Shown here: positions 61,946 through 64,000 of the stretch, one piece after another
Numbering within the stretch: the first letter of the stretch is position 1
Layout of the letters: every line of letters begins with the position of its first letter
From: Promethearchaeota archaeon
Lineage (GTDB): Archaea; Asgardarchaeota; Lokiarchaeia; Sigyniarchaeales; SOKP01
Reading direction: 5' to 3'
Length of the DNA: 64,000 nt
Assembly: GCA_019058365.1 (NCBI GenBank)
Contig: JAHPZE010000004.1
Location: 32,001-96,000, forward strand
Notes under the pieces: generated by a model
The model's input: the letters and a program-made list of their open reading frames with translations, nothing else
Databases searched by the model: none
Told to the model about the DNA's origin: nothing
Position numbers and translations under genes: made by a program

Positions 61946-62158
61946 ATGATTAACATCAATATGTATTGTGGGAAAAAATACTATTTTTTTCAATGTTATA
62001 ACTGTGGGGAATGGTATTACACAAAAAGAATAATAAAATCTAAGAAATGTTGGAAATGCAACCATTCATTTACTTTTAAAAATTCAACAAAATTTACGAA
62101 AATATGCACAATTAGAGATGCAATCTCAATTGTTAAGAAATTAAAGGATAAGACCTAA
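61946..62158 (+). CDS. Small zinc-ribbon protein (DUF1922-like)
   Basis: CYNCG...KKCWKC. Confidence 0.6.
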   Translation: MININMYCGKKYYFFQCYNCGEWYYTKRIIKSKKCWKCNHSFTFKNSTKFTKICTIRDAISIVKKLKDKT

Positions 62159-62307
62159 ATTAGAGTCGAATTAATTCATCTTGTTCTTCTAAGATTAAGA
62201 TAAAAAAGAAAGGTATTTAAGCTATTCTTCTCTTTTTTTGATGATAAACTGATTTTCACTAAACTATCATTAATATATTTATATTTTAAATCCCTCCTAT
62301 AAGAAAG

Positions 62308-63759
62308 ATGGAAATTTCGGATGAATTAAAAGAAATTGATGAAAATTTAATCAATCAATTAGATCAAATAGCAAACGATAAAGCTGAATATTGGGATATT
62401 AGGGCTGAAGTAAATAACGGAACTAGTTTAGATTTTACCAATCAAAAAAGTAAGGAAATTTCATCTTTTGAAATTATTAATTGTGGTATCAGGGCATTTA
62501 AAAATGGTGGTTGGGGTTTTTCTGTTTTAAAAGACCTAAAAAGAGATTCTATTAAAATAGGCTTACAGAAAGCTATAAAATTAGCTATACTTTCTGAATC
62601 ATTAACAAAAATTAAATTTAAAATTGATCAAAACAATTCATTAATTCATAACTATGAGAGCAATAGAAAAAAGAATTTAGAAGATATAGATATTGATTAT
62701 AAAATTAACCTAGTTAAAAATCATGAAAAAATTGCCTTAGATTATTCATCCTATGTAAAAAATACACATACTCTATATATGGACGGACATTCTCAAACCT
62801 TATTTTTAAATTCCTTTGGAAGTAATATTATTCAAGATTTATCATTTTTAAGATTATTTTGTATGGTTTTTACTAATAAAAATGGAGCTACACAGAGTTC
62901 TGTAAACTCAGTTGCGGGCATTGGTGGTTATGAAATTGCTGAAACTGAAAAAGCCATGAATTTAAGTAAAAAAACAGCTAAAGAAGCAGTAGAATTATTG
63001 AATGCTAAATCTCCAGTCGGAGGCAAATTAACAGTTATCGCAGACTCTAAATTGACCGGAACAATTATTCATGAAGCATTTGGTCACAGTTGTGAAGCGG
63101 ATTTAGTGCTTAACAATGAAAGTATATTAGCGGGGATGATAGGTAAAAAAGTTGCTTCAGAAAAAGTAACAATAATAGATAATCCTTCGATGGGTCAATC
63201 TAAACGATTTAATTTGCCTTATGAGTTATTTGGTAGTTATTTTGTAGATGACGAGGGAATTCCTTCACAAAAAACTATAATTATTGAGAACGGCATTCTC
63301 AAAAATTATTTACATAATTTAGAGACTTCTTCAAGAATGAATGTTCCCCCAAATGGTCATGGTAGGGCATCCGTAAGTTCTGAGAGACCTCAAGTACGAA
63401 TGGGATTTACATATATAGAACCCAAAGATTGGAATCTAGAAGAAATAATTGAAGATACCAAAAATGGAATTTTATGTGAGGATTTTCAGTATGGATACAC
63501 TGATCCAACCACTGGAAATTTTCAATTCAAATGCAGAATTTCATTTAAGATTAAAGATGGAGAAAGAAAAGAAATCATGAGAGATGTTTCTCTTAGTGGT
63601 ATGATTCTTGAAGCTTTAAATAAAATTTCTGCAATCGGTAATGAAAAAACATTTAATTATTCAGTTGGAATGTGTGGAAAAGGTGGTCAGCATGTTAGAG
63701 TATGTGATGGAGCACCCTATATACGAATCGAGGATGTTACTGTGGGGGGTTTGAATTAA
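62308..63759 (+). CDS. tldD: TldD/PmbA family metalloprotease, TldD subunit
   Basis: HEAFGH..EAD, DDEG, GHGR, CGKGGQ. Confidence 0.92.
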   Translation: MEISDELKEIDENLINQLDQIANDKAEYWDIRAEVNNGTSLDFTNQKSKEISSFEIINCGIRAFKNGGWGFSVLKDLKRDSIKIGLQKAIKLAILSESLTKIKFKIDQNNSLIHNYESNRKKNLEDIDIDYKINLVKNHEKIALDYSSYVKNTHTLYMDGHSQTLFLNSFGSNIIQDLSFLRLFCMVFTNKNGATQSSVNSVAGIGGYEIAETEKAMNLSKKTAKEAVELLNAKSPVGGKLTVIADSKLTGTIIHEAFGHSCEADLVLNNESILAGMIGKKVASEKVTIIDNPSMGQSKRFNLPYELFGSYFVDDEGIPSQKTIIIENGILKNYLHNLETSSRMNVPPNGHGRASVSSERPQVRMGFTYIEPKDWNLEEIIEDTKNGILCEDFQYGYTDPTTGNFQFKCRISFKIKDGERKEIMRDVSLSGMILEALNKISAIGNEKTFNYSVGMCGKGGQHVRVCDGAPYIRIEDVTVGGLN

Positions 63760-64000
63760 ATGGATAATTCAGACGTTCATTCATTAGCTGAATTCTGTTT
63801 GAAATTAATTGAAAAAGAGAGTCAAGAGATAAAATGTTCAGATATTTTCTTTGAGAAAAGTAATTATATTAATATTGAAATAGAAGAAAATTCAATTAAA
63901 AATAGTGAAACTGGAGAGGATAATGGGTTTTCAATCAGAGTTATTAATAAGAATGGGTCTTTAGGTTTTGCATATTCAAATAAATTAGATAAAACGACTA
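63760..64000 (+). CDS. pmbA: PmbA/TldE subunit, truncated by the window end
   Basis: Starts directly after tldD; DIFFE...IEIEENSIK...GFSIRVI...GSLGFAYSN. Confidence 0.75.
   Translation, partial: MDNSDVHSLAEFCLKLIEKESQEIKCSDIFFEKSNYINIEIEENSIKNSETGEDNGFSIRVINKNGSLGFAYSNKLDKTT

Noticed and set aside
1-64000. CRISPR arrays, tRNA/rRNA genes, IS elements
   Set aside because: No regularly spaced repeats, GC-rich structural-RNA stretches or transposase ORFs were seen by eye; a covariance-model scan would be needed to exclude small RNAs.

Overview
AT-rich archaeal chromosome segment. Gene content (FEN1, CDC48, Nob1, aIF5A, SRP54, Cgi121, ZPR1, a roadblock/LC7 protein, SCP2, PPi-type PFK) points to an Asgard archaeon, probably Lokiarchaeia; this is an inference, no search was run. 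The backbone is housekeeping: tRNA modification, a 2-oxoacid:ferredoxin oxidoreductase operon, replication/translation genes, purine, pyrimidine and NAD synthesis, TldD/PmbA, and scattered sugar-catabolic genes with two unusual fusions. Three accessory islands (possibly four) interrupt it: (A) 2.7-8.2 kb, an HNH protein, an RHH regulator and a Lamassu/ABC-three-component defence system; (B) 13.7-19.5 kb, an LTD-VTC-DUF4956-Cthe_2159 operon plus an MFS transporter; (C) 24.3-25.5 kb, a membrane protein with decayed RHH and HEPN remnants; (D, tentative) 48.7-51.1 kb. The main structural observation is that islands A, B and C each lie between an intact host gene and a short, diverged, decayed duplicate of that gene's terminus, and none encodes a recognisable integrase. 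Other notable points: a PCNA-interacting (PIP)-like tail on the Lamassu middle subunit, three genes that seem to need ATT/ATA starts, and a DapA-like domain lacking its catalytic lysine fused to an APH-type kinase. No rRNA, tRNA, CRISPR array or IS element was recognised.
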